From: Paraspadella gotoi
Lineage: Eukaryota; Animalia; Chaetognatha
DNA: 64,000 bases
Reading direction: 5' to 3'
NCBI GenBank assembly: GCA_051294375.1
Contig: JBJCIZ010000239.1
Coordinates: forward strand, 1,754,581-1,818,580
In this document: one piece after another, positions 30,601-44,020 of the stretch
How the letters are laid out: each line of letters starts with the position of its first letter
How positions within the stretch are numbered: the first letter of the stretch is position 1
Notes under the pieces: generated by a model
The model's input: only the letters and a program-made list of their open reading frames with translations
Database searches by the model: none
Told to the model about the DNA's origin: nothing
Translations under genes and position numbers: made by a program

Positions 30601-32031
30601 TACGTTGATCAATGATCATAAGTGGCTATTAGAATTTCGATACGTGACTTTCACTACGCTCCAATTGCTACACCAACACATTTTTTTTCTTTCTATGAAA
30701 TGGCAATACGAACAGAGAACATTTTCCATATCACATTAAAATTATATAAATAGTCAAATATCAAAGTGCACACCTCTTAACAACCAAAGACAAAAGAGTT
30801 ACTTTTGCTTACAATCGTGAACGAACAAGTCTAATAATACATAACTCGCGTAACAATCATTGCAAAAACAAAACTTTATATTATAACAGATTTTAAAAAA
30901 ATTTTGCTTAATAATTTAGTTTTAACTATTGATTTATTTATTACTCCAACTACTGCAATATGCAAATGAGAATAATCCAACCTTTGCTTCTCGACGCGAG
31001 TCCTCCGCAGAACATAGCGTAAAACACGGAGCTGGCGGTGACGAGGACGCACTTGTGCGCCGGGATCGTTCGCATGCCAGCAATGGGTGGCGCCGCGACG
31101 CCACCAGCAGCGACGGCTCCCTCCGGCGTTCCAACCACAAAGTGAACGTCGGCTAGGATCTCGTTGGCGCAGAGCGACGCCATGCGGTCCTTGAGCACGT
31201 GACCCACACCAACCTCCAGCTCGTTGTGAAGGTCGAACGGATTCACTCGCGCCGCGGCGGCGCCGGCGGCGTCCTGGTTCTCGCCGCGAGCGCCGGCGCC
31301 ATGCTGTTGGTGATGATGAAGCGAAAGATGAAGCGCTTGTTGATTTTGCGGAGGTAATTGCTGCGGCTGCTGAGCGTTGGAAACGAGTTGATTTTGTGAG
31401 GGTTGCTGTTGATTCTGAGCCTGGGGTTGGTCAGCGACGGCCACTGCGGCCGCGGCGGGAGGCTGCGACGGTATCGCCGGGCCTGACCGTGAGGATGAAT
31501 TATTGGCGGCCTCCGCAAAGGCTGGCAACTGCGCCGAAGAGTTTCGCGGCGTCGCGGAGTCGGATAAATCGTTTGGAGGAAAAGAGTTGGAAGCCGGGTT
31601 GACGAACTGTTGTTGCGGAGCAATGGAGGGCGCGGCGCGGTTGCTCCACTGAGAAGAACGCGATACGCCGGCGCTCAGCGGGTTAAGACGATCGCTTGCG
31701 GGCTGTTGAGGTTGCGGCGCTCGAACTTTGGCTTTGACGTCGCCGCTTCCGCCCATGGCGCCGCTTCCACCGACTGCTCCCCCAATGGCACCGCTGGCGC
31801 TGGCAGTTCCACCAACGGCGCCGCGAAGGGTGAACTTAGGAGGGAATCTCTCCAAACCGGAAGTAGAGAGAGAAGGCGCCGACGGAGCCGAAGTCGGGCT
31901 CAAAGGATGAACGTTAAATCCTGGTGGAAGGGGACCCGGTCCGGGAAGCTGGGCGGGAAACCAAGGATGGAAATTAAAGAGATCGGTGGTAAGGAAGAAA
32001 AGAGTAACGGGGTGACCGTCTAACTCACCAT
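22860..32031 (-). CDS. BTB-BACK-PHR protein (BTBD3/BTBD6 family) with a Q/P/S-rich N-terminus; 5-kb intron 23897-28980
   Basis: LKDRMASLCANEILADVHFVVG...IPAHKCVLVTASSVFYAMF; VPDVDPEAFMAMLRYIYS; TLYAAKKYMV; VRWAAAECLR...LHMIRVPT; PHR domain VGFGLYG...FDNPVEI...SNGTNVEHGQIPEIIF. Confidence 0.9.
25407..28181 (+). CDS. Nested antisense gene: type I membrane protein (signal peptide, PLAT/LH2-like domain, Cys-rich PAN-like and sushi-like modules, TM, long cytoplasmic tail)
   Basis: MITQVLLIVSTLFSAGINA followed by gtaagt; FDLELKTCDKSGSGSNAYVDVRLTG...DDVGFVTALQLRID (PLAT-like); YENGTTCRIKC...VVCRSTAVW (CCP-like); TM WIAGLTVGSAVGVGLVCFVVYLTWKR; 415-aa last-exon ORF. Domain names are by motif resemblance only. 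Confidence 0.75.
28406..28851 (+). mobile_element. Putative ribozyme-containing non-autonomous retroelement-like insertion with a 14-bp target-site duplication
   Basis: TTCCATAATTAAGC at 28392-28405 and 28852-28865; inverted repeat 28562-28591/28818-28847 (21 bp perfect); several internal hairpins. Confidence 0.65.
28677..28763 (+). ncRNA. Twister ribozyme, type P5 permutation
   Basis: P5 GUUGGC/GCCAGC; GA-CCG (T1) pairs with CGG in loop 4 (U-CGG-AAGC); U^AA at 28707/28708; GC (T2); P3 CAGUGAC/GUCACUG; P4 GGG/CCC. P2 (CAGC/GCGA) has two mismatches. Confidence 0.7.
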
Positions 32032-32859
32032 GGGTCCGGGAAGTATGTTGACCAAAGGCTGTATGTCCGGAGCTGAAGTTGGAAGCGAAAATCTGGGAAG
32101 AAAGTTGATAAATTTCAACCTCGTTTAGAATTTCTGATATATACTTATTACTTATATTTTTCGATTTGATACTCACAAGACTTGTCAAGAGAGACTTTGA
32201 ACGAGTAAGAGAGTAATTATCTCAAAAACAGCAAGAGCAGCGACAAGATATTGCAAAGAAAAAAATACAATAAAGAAGAATCAGTAGGACAAATCTAAAA
32301 TGAGGACGAATGATTGAAAAAAAAAAACAAAAAAACTTACAGAACACCAACTTATTTTTTACGAGTTAACATGAAAACTACAACAATATTGAAATCAGAT
32401 TAAAGTAAAATTAAAAATTCCTTTAACATTCCGACCCCATTCGCGCCCACCTGTGCAAGTGTTCTACATGATGAACTCCTCCCGAGGGACTCCTCCCTTC
32501 CGCGGGAGACAGCCCCTCGACTCCGGCGACTCTCCGACCCGGCGGTTCCGCCCCGAGCGCTTCGTCAACACCCTCATCCCCGCACTCGACGCGCAGCTCG
32601 TTGATAGCGTTCTGCAGATCCTCCTCCAACTCGGGATTCTCTTCCCGTCGCTCTTGGTCCGCGTTTCCTCTCTCAGAGTCTTTACTTCGATTAGGTCTCA
32701 TACGAACCATAGTTAAAAATTAGTCAATTAAATAGTATAGTACTTTCTGTATATGGAAAAAAAAAAAAGGTTGTCTATGACATTATGATTAACGAACACG
32801 GATCGACGAATGATTAGGCAAATCGTTTACAAAAAAGACATCATTATCATCGATATCAT

Positions 32860-35800
32860 TTTCGACAAAAGCTGCAGACGTTGAAGCCGCCGTTCAAAAC
32901 GTAGCCGACGAAGGCTTTGTACTGCAAACCGAGGCATTTGCTCATCGCTTCGAATTTGGCGAAAAACGAAGGATTCTCTTGCGACGTCTTAAGCCCGAAC
33001 GTCGTTCTCGCCTTCACGAGCTGAGAGAAGCGGATCTCTCATTTGTTTAATTTTTTTTTTAATCTAATTTTTTTAATTAATTGTGCAACCGACCAAGAAA
33101 ATATCCAACCAACCGACCAACCAAATGACCGACCTTTCTAAACGGCCTCTCGCTAAAATCGTTGTCTTCGATGTCGCCCATCATGACGAAGAGCATCTCG
33201 ACAATCTCTTTGCTGAAGCAAAAGACAATGGCCAACGATAACAACCGGTACAACGACAACAACAACAACGGGGCGACCTGAGATCCACTCCCGCAACTTG
33301 CTTGGCCACGTGATGGAAGACGTCCTGAGTGATTTTAACGCCGGCCATGTGGTAACTCTTGAAGGCGATCTTCATGAGGATGGGATAACTAAAGAAGACG
33401 TTGAGCTGGAGGAAGTCGTCGCGAGTGACTCCTTTGGCAAAAGCGAGGGGGGGTAAAGGGGGGGGGAGGTCGGCGAGGGGGGGAAGGGGGGCGAGGTCGG
33501 CGAGTGGGGTGAGGAGATGTGCGAGAAAGAATTCGAGAGTTACGTCAGATCTGACGCGAGTATAACAGGGGGTTATATTTAGAATAGACAATATACAAAT
33601 GACATTGAGGAACTCGATCTAATTTGAGATAATCCACGGATTAATCTGCTACACAAAGATCCCTACCAAAAAGATGTTTGGTTAGTCATTTGCCATAGCG
33701 AAGGAAAGATTTGAAAGGATACGGATGAAGCGTGAAAACGATTCGTACGGGAATATGTTTTCGAGGTCGACGAGTTCTTGTTGTAAAAATTTTTCATATT
33801 TCTCTTCATCTTCTTGATTCGGTTTAACGCGGAGGCGGAGCCGTGGTGGAACTTCGTCATGCTGCGACGAAAGAAAATAATTTGGTTTTTTTTATGGAGA
33901 AAGAAAAAGGAAAAGAATTGCGAAGACCTATCGAGAAAATCGAAACCCGGGATCGAGTCGTATTCGTCGGGCCTGACAAACAAAAAAAACACAATACGTT
34001 TTCAAAACACGCTATTGTTCGGGCAATGTCGAAAACCTCACATGTACGAGTCAAATTCCAAAGAATTGACTTCTGCTTTGAGCCGTCTCTGAAAAGTGAT
34101 GAAATCTTCCACCGCCATGCTTTGATCCAAATTGGGTCCGAAAAAAAACTTGGCCACGCGAGTTTTGGGGGCGTTCTGTCGGAAGACAACAAATAAATAG
34201 CTGCCCACCCGATTCTGATTAGACGTGAATGTAACCGAGTGAATGTTGAGAATGCTGCTGCCGTGATCCCGATGCTTCTTCCACATTTCCGTCTGACCCA
34301 ACATCACGCTTTCGATCAAGTGAAATTTGCGGGCGTCGATCAACCCGTTGCCGTCGTCGTCGAAAAGACTGGAGGCGAAAACAACAACGACTCTCTCTTG
34401 GGACAGCGAGCAAGAGACCTCGTTATATAGGACCTTCACAATCTCGTTATAACCGATTTCTCACTTGAACGCCATTCGAAAGTGACGAACGGGATGCGTG
34501 AGAACCATCACCAGGAAAATGTAATCGGCGTAGTTGATGAGGCCGTCGGGACTGATCATGAAAAACGTTGAATCCGGCATCAAGTCGCAGACAATCTGTT
34601 CAGGTTTAGATAAATGTTAATAATAAGAATAATAAAACTAAGGGAGTTAATGGGGGCTCTAATAACGAGTACATTGAAGACTCGAAGTTGAAAGTCGATG
34701 AGAAAGAGACAATACAGACGACCAAACTTGTTTCAAATAAAACAAACATACTACCAAAGGACCCAACCGTGTCTGATTCAGCATCGAAAGTTCGGAAACT
34801 GTCCAGCCCCAGCCCGTCCGGCTGGATGCTGTTGGGAGAGATGGATCTGACAAAATCCTCCGGATTCATGAAGGTTCGAGTTTTGACGCCCGAGTGATGA
34901 CGGATGTCGTGATGCGAGTGATGTCCGTGATGGCCGGACTGAGGGTTTGTGTGTGTGGGATGGTCGTAGGTGTGGGGGGTAGATAGAGATGATTATAAGC
35001 TTTAGTGAAGATGATTAAACGAAAAAGAAAAGGAAAATTTTTTTAGAAAAGTCAACGGTATTTACAAAAGACCTTGTGATGCTTGTCGTCCTCCACTGTC
35101 TGAAGCGTCGCAAAATAACGGAAGATCTGTTACCCATGAGGGGGGGGGGTGAAGTCGCAGGAAAAATCATGTTGGAATCAGTTATCGTGACTCCTTCACT
35201 AACACAACCTTGTCCGGCGTCGAAAACATCCGCAACCGATTTTCATAGGCGACGATGTGTCTCTCTCGAAATCCTTTTCGCGCTCTCAGGATGTGCAGTG
35301 AGAGTTCGTCCGGCGTGGCGTAGGGATCGTCGGAACCGGTGAAAATCTTAAAGAGTTATAGTTAACGAGAATTCGTCGAACGATCGATTGTGATCCGTTA
35401 ATCGCAAACCTTTCGATAATTGTGATTCTTCAGGTTATCGTCCGTGACGCATCGTTCCTCAGAATGGCTCACGTACTCTCCGTCGTCCTTTATTCTCACG
35501 GTGCAATGCATGCCTCCTGAGAGATCGATCACCCCCCAACCGTTCGTCAACTCTCCCTTCAAATCTGAGATTTCTTAGAAAACCCGACCCTTTCTGGTGA
35601 GGATGGCGCATTTGGCCGAATGCCTGACGATCGGCGGGAAATCGCCGGGCGGTTCGTCGGCGTCCTTTCCACCGCCGAAGGGCGTCGATTCTTCGTCGGC
35701 GTCGGACACTTGGGCGTCGTCCTTATGAGCGGCGTCGTGGCCGCGGACGCCGTAGTGGTCGCCGCAGATCGTCCTCAGCATGACGATGAGGGCTCTGACG

Positions 35801-35960
35801 AAGAAGGCGACGATGCCGTCGCTTCGATCGGGATCAGAGTCGCCGGAATCGCCGGAATCGCCGGAGACGATCTTGTCCTCGATCTCTTCGTCTTTCCGGT
35901 CCTCGATGGACAGGGCAATTCTTTTGCGTTTCCGGTCCAAGAGCTAACATCGGCGAATGG
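32860..35960 (-). CDS. MICU1: MICU1-like mitochondrial calcium uptake protein (exon 2 onward; exon 1 is at 47474-47713); 3' end uncertain and may include 32423-32700
   Basis: [76 protein letters not shown]...FITFQRRL; SYHMAGVKI...VAKQVAGVDL. Confidence 0.85.
33578..33653 (-). repeat. Dispersed ~80-bp hairpin repeat, copy 3 (MICU1 intron; duplicated at ~40139-40215)
   Basis: Reverse complement reads tgtagcagattaatccgtggattatctcaaattagatcgagttcctcaatgtcatttgtatattgtc. Confidence 0.8.
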
Positions 35961-36121
35961 GAGATGGAGATACGGTGGAGTTGAGGTAAAGTGAGAGGAG
36001 GCAGGAAAAGAGCGAATGAAGATCGGAAGGCAGAGCGAGAAGAGTTTAATAATAAAAGAAAAAGAGCGGAGTGGAAAACAGAGACCGATTGGGCGGCGGA
36101 AAGAAATGTTTTTAAGAAGAC

Positions 36122-36463
36122 AGCGAACCGAAAATCGAGCGAGAGAAGCGAACGAAAATGTGGGAGCGAGAGAACAACGAAGAAAATCGAGGGAGAAACG
36201 AACGAAAATCGAGGGAGAAACGAACGAAAATACGAGCGAGAAGCGAACGAAAATTCGAGCGAGAGCGAAGCGAAAATCGATGGAGAAACGAACGAAAATC
36301 GAGCGAGAAGCGAACGAAAATCGAGCGAGAAGCGAATGAAAATCGCAGGAGCAGACGACACGAAAATCGAGCGAGAAGCGAACGAAAATCGGGCGAGAAG
36401 CGAACGAAAACCGAGCGAGAAGTGAACGAAAATCGAGGGAGAAACGAACGAAAATCGAGGGAG
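36122..36463. repeat. 22-bp minisatellite (R-CGAACGAAAATCGAG-S-GAGAA)n in MICU1 intron 1, ending at a 25-N gap
   Basis: Tandem units with no spacers; also at ~37368-37674 (inverted) and ~47126-47420. Confidence 0.9.
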
Positions 36464-36488
36464 NNNNNNNNNNNNNNNNNNNNNNNNN

Positions 36489-39400
36489 TATTCTCCAAGG
36501 TAAAGAACGACTCACTCGGAGTCGCTGACGATTCCGACTCTGACGAAGCCGTGGACGAGGAAGAGGAAGAGGAGCACAAGGAGAATCTGGCCTGGGCTCT
36601 GCAAATGATGGAACTGAAAGACGCGGAGTTGTACAACGAGGACGAAGACGTCGGCCCTCCCTGCGGCCTCGATAGAAAGGGCCGGCCTAAAAAGGCTGGG
36701 CCCGTTGTCAAGCCTCTCATGGAATTGTAGCCCGGTCGAGAATCAGCACGGGGTATGAGATATTGTTCGCGCCTTTCCCCTTTCCCCTTCTCATTTTTCA
36801 AAACATCGATTGACGGTGGAAACTCTTATTTTTCGATGTTTTGAGATAAAAAAAAAACAAAACAAAACGAAACTTCAATGTAAAAAATCCTTTAAAAAAA
36901 AAGGTGTCGATTTTAATCTCAGTTTTTCTTTTAATTTGTATGAACGCAGTTTTATTTTCCCCCAGTTTCAAAAAAAACGATAATTTTTTATTTTTGATCT
37001 TCTTAACTTTTTAACCCCGAATCCTCTCCTTTCCTTCAGATCGTTGAATTTCCTTAAAATAAAGACAGACTATGAACTCTCCCAACACCCCCCGCCACCT
37101 TCTCCGATGGCGCCGTCGTTTCGGCGCCGCTTTGACGCCGGCGCTGGTCGGCACCGGCGTCGCATTGGTCCGCGGCGCCCGTGTTCGCGCCGACGACTCA
37201 TCGGACCCCGATAGAGAGGAGGATCGATCGAGGGCTTTGGTTTTGGCCGGCGTCGCGGCGTCGCGAGAGGCCTTTCGCTTTTTGATGGCCGACCACGGGG
37301 ATAAAAAGGGCGTGAGTGTCCCAGTTTATCTCGTCTTCTTATTACGCTTCTCCGCAGATTTCCTGTTCGCTTCTCCTCGATTTTCGTTCGTTTCTCCCTC
37401 GATTTTCGTTCACTTCTCGCTCGGTTTTCGTTCGCTTCTCGCCCGATTTTCGTTCGCTTCTCGCTCGATTTTCGTTCGTTTCTCCCTCGATTTTCATTCG
37501 CTTCTCGCTCGATTTTCGTTCGCTTCTCGCTCGATTTTCGTTCGTTTCTCCATCGATTTTCGTTCGCTTCTCGCTCGATTTTCGTTCGCTTCTCGCTCTA
37601 TTTTCGTTCGTTTCTCCTCGTTTTCGTTCGTTTCTCCCTCGATTTTCGTTCGTTCTCCCTCGATTTTCGTTCGCGTCTTAAAAACATTTCTTTCCGCCGC
37701 CCAATCGGTCTCTGTTTTCCACTCCGCTCTTTTTCTTTTATTATTAAACTCTTCTCGCTCTGCCTTCCGATCTTCATTCGCTCTTTTCCTGCCTCCTCTC
37801 ACTTTACCTCAACTCCACCGTATCTCCATCTCCCATTCGCCGATGTTAGCTCTTGGACCGGAAACGCAAAAAGAATTGCCCTGTCCATCGAGGACCGGAA
37901 AGACGAAGAGATCGAGGACAAGATCGTCTCCGGCGATTCCGGCGATTCCGGCGACTCTGATCCCGATCGAAGCGACGGCATCGTCGCCTTCTTCGTCAGA
38001 GCCCTCATCGTCATGCTGAGGACGATCTGCGGCGACCACTACGGCGTCCGCGGCCACGACGCCGCTCATAAGGACGACGCCCAAGTGTCCGACGCCGACG
38101 AAGAATCGACGCCCTTCGGCGGTGGAAAGGACGCCGACGAACCGCCCGGCGATTTCCCGCCGATCGTCAGGCATTCGGCCAAATGCGCCATCCTCACCAG
38201 AAAGGGTCGGGTTTTCTAAGAAATCTCAGATTTGAAGGGAGAGTTGACGAACGGTTGGGGGGTGATCGATCTCTCAGGAGGCATGCATTGCACCGTGAGA
38301 ATAAAGGACGACGGAGAGTACGTGAGCCATTCTGAGGAACGATGCGTCACGGACGATAACCTGAAGAATCACAATTATCGAAAGGTTGCGATTAACGGAT
38401 CACAATCGATCGTTCGACGAATTCTCGTTAACTATAACTCTTTAAGATTTTCACCGGGTTCCGACGATCCCTACGCCACGCCGGACGAACTCTCACTGCA
38501 CATCCTGAGAGCGCGAAAAGGATTTCGAGAGAGACACATCGTCGCCTATGAAAATCGGTTGCGGATGTTTTCGACGCCGGACAAGGTTGTGTTAGTGAAG
38601 AGTCACGATAACTGATTCCAACATGATTTTTCCTGCGACTTCACCCCCCCCCTCATGGGTAACAGATCTTCCGTTATTTTGCGACGCTTCAGACAGTGGA
38701 GGACGACAAGCATCACAAGGTCTTTTGTAAATACCGTTGACTTTTCTAAAAAAATTTTCCTTTTCTTTTTCGTTTAATCATCTTCACTAAAGCTTATAAT
38801 CATCTCTATCTACCCCCCACACCTACGACCATCCCACACACACAAACCCTCAGTCCGGCCATCACGGACATCACTCGCATCACGACATCCGTCATCACTC
38901 GGGCGTCAAAACTCGAACCTTCATGAATCCGGAGGATTTTGTCAGATCCATCTCTCCCAACAGCATCCAGCCGGACGGGCTGGGGCTGGACAGTTTCCGA
39001 ACTTTCGATGCTGAATCAGACACGGTTGGGTCCTTTGGTAGTATGTTTGTTTTATTTGAAACAAGTTTGGTCGTCTGTATTGTCTCTTTCTCATCGACTT
39101 TCAACTTCGAGTCTTCAATGTACTCGTTATTAGAGCCCCCATTAACTCCTTAGTTTTATTATTCTTATTATTAACATTTATCTAAACCTGAACAGATTGT
39201 CTGCGACTTGATGCCGGATTCAACGTTTTTCATGATCAGTCCGACGGCCTCATCAACTACGCCGATTACATTTTCCTGGTGATGGTTCTCACGCATCCCG
39301 TTCGTCACTTTCGAATGGCGTTCAAGTGAGAAATCGGTTATAACGAGATTGTGAAGGTCCTATATAACGAGGTCTCTTGCTCGCTGTCCCAAGAGAGAGT

Positions 39401-42400
39401 CGTTGTTGTTTTCGCCTCCAGTCCTTTTCGACGACGACGGCAACGGGTTGATCGACGCCCGCAAATTTCACTTGATCGAAAGCGTGATGTTGGGTCAGAC
39501 GGAAATGTGGAAGAAGCATCGGGATCACGGCAGCAGCATTCTCAACAATTCACTCGGTTACATTCACGTCTAATCAGAATCGGGTGGGCAGCTATTTATT
39601 TGTTGTCTTCCGACAGAACGCCCCCAAAACTCGCGTGGCCAAGTTTTTTTTCGGACCCAATTTGGAATCAAAGCATGGCGGTGGAAGATTTCATCACTTT
39701 TCAGAGACGGCTCAAAGCAGAAGTCAATTCTTTGGAATTTGACTCGTACATGTGAGGTTTTCGACATTGCCCGAACAATAGCGTGTTTTGAAAACGTATT
39801 GTGTTTTTTTTGTTTGTCAGGCCCGACGAATACGACTCGATCCCGGGTTTCGATTTTCTCGATAGGTCTTCGCAATTCTTTTCCTTTTTCTTTCTCCATA
39901 AAAAAAACCAAATTATTTTCTTTCGTCGCAGCATGACGAAGTTCCACCACGGCTCCGCCTCCGCGTTAAACCGAATCAAGAAGATGAAGAGAAATATGAA
40001 AAATTTTTACAACAAGAACTCGTCAGACCTCGAAAACATATTCCCGTACGAATCGTTTTCACGCTTCATCCGTATCCTTTCAAATCTTTCCTTCGCTATG
40101 GCAAATGACTAACCAAACATCTTTTGGTAGGGATCTTTGTGTAGCAGATTAATCCGTGGATTATCTCAAATTAGATCGAGTTCCTCAATGTCATTTGTAT
40201 ATTGTCTATTCTAAATATAACCCCCTGTTTATACTCGCGTCAGATCTGACGTAACTCTCGAATTCTTTCTCGCACATCTCCTCACCCCACTCGCCGACCT
40301 CGCCCCCCTTCCCCCCTCGCCGACCTCCCCCCCCTTTACCCCCCCTCGCTTTTGCCAAAGGAGTCACTCGCGACGACTTCCTCCAGCTCAACGTCTTCTT
40401 TAGTTATCCATCCTCATGAAGATCGCCTTCAAAGAGTTACCACATGGCCGGCGTTAAAATCACCTCAGGACGTCTCCATCACGTGGCCAAGCAAGTTGCG
40501 GGAGTGGATCTCAGGTCGCCCCGTTGTTGTTTGTTGTCGTTGTACCCGGTTGTTATCGTTGGCCATTGTCTTTTGCTTCAGCAAAGAGATTGTCGAGATG
40601 CTCTTCGTCATGATGGGCCGACATCGAAGACAACGAATTTTAGCGAGAGGCCGTTTAGAAAGGTCGGTCATTTGTTTGGTCGGTTGGTTGGATATTTTCT
40701 TGGTCGGTGGCACAATTAATTAAAAAATTAGATTAAAAAAAAAATTAAACAAATGAGAGATCCGCTTCTCTCAGCTCGTGAAGGCGAGAACGACGTTCGG
40801 GCTTAAGACGTCGCAAGAGAATCCTTCGTTTTTTCGCCAAATTCGAAGCGATGAGCAAATGCCTCGGTTTGCAGTACAAAGCCTTCGTCGGCTACGTTTT
40901 GAACGGCGGCTTCAACGTCTGCAGCTTTTGTCGAAAATGATATCGATGATAATGATGTCTTTTTTGTAAAACGATTTGCCTAATCATTCGTCGATCCGTG
41001 TTCGTTAATCATAATGTCATAGACAACCTTTTTTTTTTTTTCCATATACAGAAAGTACTATACTATTTAATTGACTAATTTTTAACTATGGTTCGTATGA
41101 GACCTATCGAAGTAAAGACTCTGAGAGAGGAAACGCGGACCAAGAGCGACGGGAAGAGAATCCCGAGTTGGAGGAGGATCTGCAGAACGCTATCAACGAG
41201 CTGCGCGTCGAGTGCGGGGATGAGGGTGTTGACGAAGCGCTCGGGGCGGAACCGCCGGGTCGGAGAGTCGCCGGAGTCGAGGGGCTGTCTCCCGCGGAAG
41301 GGAGGAGTCCCTCGGGAGGAGTTCATCATGTAGAACACTTGCACAGGTGGGCGCGAATGGGGTCGGAATGTTAAAGGAATTTTTAATTTTACTTTAATCT
41401 GATTTCAAATATTGTTGTAAGTTTTCATGTTAACTCGTAAAAAATAAGTTGGTGTTCTGTAAGTTTTTTTTTTTTTTCAATCATTCGTCCTCATTTTAGA
41501 TTTGTCCTACTGATTCTTCTTTATTGTATTTTTTTCTTTGCAATATCTTGTCGCTGCTCTTGCTGTTTTTGAGATAATTACTCTCTTACTCGTTCAAAGT
41601 CTCTCTTGACAAGTCTTGTGAGTATCAAATCGAAAAATATAAGTAATAAGTATATATCAGAAATTCTAACGAGGTTGAAATTTATCAACTTTCTTCCCAG
41701 ATTTTTCGCTTCCAACTTCAGCTCCGGACATACAGCCTTTGGTCAACATACTTCCCGGACCCATGGTGAGTTAGACGGTCACCCCGTTACTCTTTTCTTC
41801 CTTACCACCGATCTCTTTAATTTCCATCCTTGGTTTCCCGCCCAGCTTCCCGGACCGGGTCCCCTTCCACCAGGATTTAACGTTCATTCCTTTGAGCCCG
41901 ACTTCGGCTCCGTCGGCGCCTTCTCTCTCTACTTCCGGTTTGGAGAGATTCCCTCCTAAGTTCACCCTTCGCGGCGCCGTTGTGGAACTGCCAGCGCCAG
42001 CGGTGCCATTGGGGGAGCAGTCGGTGGAAGCGGCGCCATGGGCGGAAGCGGCGACGTCAAAGCCAAAGTTCGAGCGCCGCAACCTCAACAGCCCGCAAGC
42101 GATCGTCTTAACCCGCTGAGCGCCGGCGTATCGCGTTCTTCTCAGTGGAGCACCGCGCCGCGCCCTCCATTGCTCCGCAACAACAGTTCGTCAACCCGGC
42201 TTCCAACTCTTTTCCTCCAAACGATTTATCCGACTCCGCGACGCCGCGAAACTCTTCGGCGCAGTTGCCAGCCTTTGCGGAGGCCGCCAATAATTCATCC
42301 TCACGGTCAGGCCCGGCGATACCGTCGCAGCCTCCCGCCGCGGCCGCAGTGGCCGTCGCTGACCAACCCCAGGCTCAGAATCAACAGCAACCCTCACAAA

Positions 42401-43034
42401 ATCAACTCGTTTCCAACGCTCAGCAGCCGCAGCAATTACCTCCGCAAAATCAACAAGCGCTTCATCTTTCGCTTCATCATCACAACAGCATGGCGCCGGC
42501 GCTCGCGGCGGAGAACCAGGACGCCGCCGGCGCCGCCGCGGCGCGAGTGAATCCGTTCGACCTTCACAAACGAGCTGGAGGTTGGTGTGGGTCCACGTGC
42601 TCAAGGACCGCATGGCGTCGCTCTGCGCCAACGAGATCCTAGCCGACGTTCACTTTGTGGTCGGAACGCCGGAGGGAGCCGTCGCTGCTGGTGGCGTCGC
42701 GGCGCCACCCATTGCTGGCATGCGAACGATCCCGGCGCACGAAGTGCGTCCTCGTCACCGCCAGCTCCGTGTTTTACGCTATGTTCTGCGGAGGACTCGC
42801 GTCGAGAAGCAAAGGTTGGATTATTCTCATTTGCATATTGCAAGTAGTTGGAGTAATAAATAAATCAATAGTTAAAACTAAATTATTAAGCAAAATTTTT
42901 TTATAAATCTGTTATAATATAAAGTTTTGTTTTTGCAATGATTGTTACGCGAGTTATGTTATTATTAGACTTGTTCGTTCACGATTGTAAGCAAAAGTAA
43001 CTCTTTTGTCTTTGGTTGTTAAGAGGTGTGCACT
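36489..43034 (+). repeat. Inverted duplication (ERI1 last exon, complete MICU1-like gene from ATG 37072, BTBD 5' exons); likely artefact
   Basis: Reverse complement of 30765-36463 plus 47390-48296; differs mostly by single-base indels; starts at the 25-N gap. Confidence 0.9.
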
Positions 43035-44020
43035 AGACACATTTTAAATCCGATTCTTTTTAAGATAGAAATCTCAGGAAAACGGCATTCTTTTCCTTTT
43101 TTTCCGTTCTATCTGAATATATGACTTTTGTTAGACTTTTTAAAATTCTTGGCCCTCCCCAGGAGCGCCAAAGTGCCACGAGCATCAAAATTCACATATA
43201 TTCGTAGATTTCTTGAACAAGTTCTATTTAAATTTAATTTTCTAATATAATTAGTTCATTCCTGACTAGAATATTGCATTGCAAGTTAGTTAATATATTA
43301 AAAAAATAGTTTTAGGTGCTTATTATGTTTGAAAACTATTTTTACAAAACCGGAAGTTACCAAAAACAGCAAAAAATTAGTTCTAAAGATACAAACTAAT
43401 TTTATCAATTTGCTAGATATGTTTATATGTTCTTTTTTATTATTTATTTCAAAAGTATAATTTAAATATTTATTTAATTATTAGATATTGTTTAATTATG
43501 CAGACGCACAAGCCTTTTTACCTTAACTTTGACGTTTAAAATGGCTGATGAACTTTCATTGTATTTTATGTCAGATACCCAAATCAATAATACCAATATA
43601 TATTGTTATAATAGAGAAATATAGTGTAAAGACATTACAAAAAAAAATTAAATGTAATTGTTGTTGTAAAAGACTTCATCTTTATTTCAAACTCAATTTA
43701 AAAACCACAAAAAAAAAAAAATATGCAAGACAAACAACGAAAAAAAAGAGTGAATAAACAAAAAGTCAATCTCTTGAACCCTTGAACCTTCTCTAAATTG
43801 TGGTGGTGGATGATCCCGATCACCACGGTCGCACAATGACTCCCCCGTCTCTACTCGCCGAGCAGAGGGAGACCTCTGGAAAAGCAATAAGCAACCAATG
43901 CCCTCTAATCACCTGTAGCAACCAAATTTTAAAATCAGCACGGACAGGCCCTGGCCTACCTTATCTGAAAAGAGGGCAACTGGCAGGTATTTAAAGTCAA
44001 ATTGAGTCGCACTAGATCTG

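Noticed and set aside
36489-36730. Separate acidic orphan gene on the + strand
   Set aside because: It is the inverted copy of the ERI1 last exon (48055-48287 on minus, spliced after ...KVIIQK).
36122-37674. 22-bp repeats as a CRISPR array, or as F/R/S-rich coding ORFs (e.g. 37072-38019, 46781-47713)
   Set aside because: The units are contiguous with no unique spacers and no cas genes are present. A GT donor follows HGDKKG, so the repeat is intronic and the ORFs are read-through.
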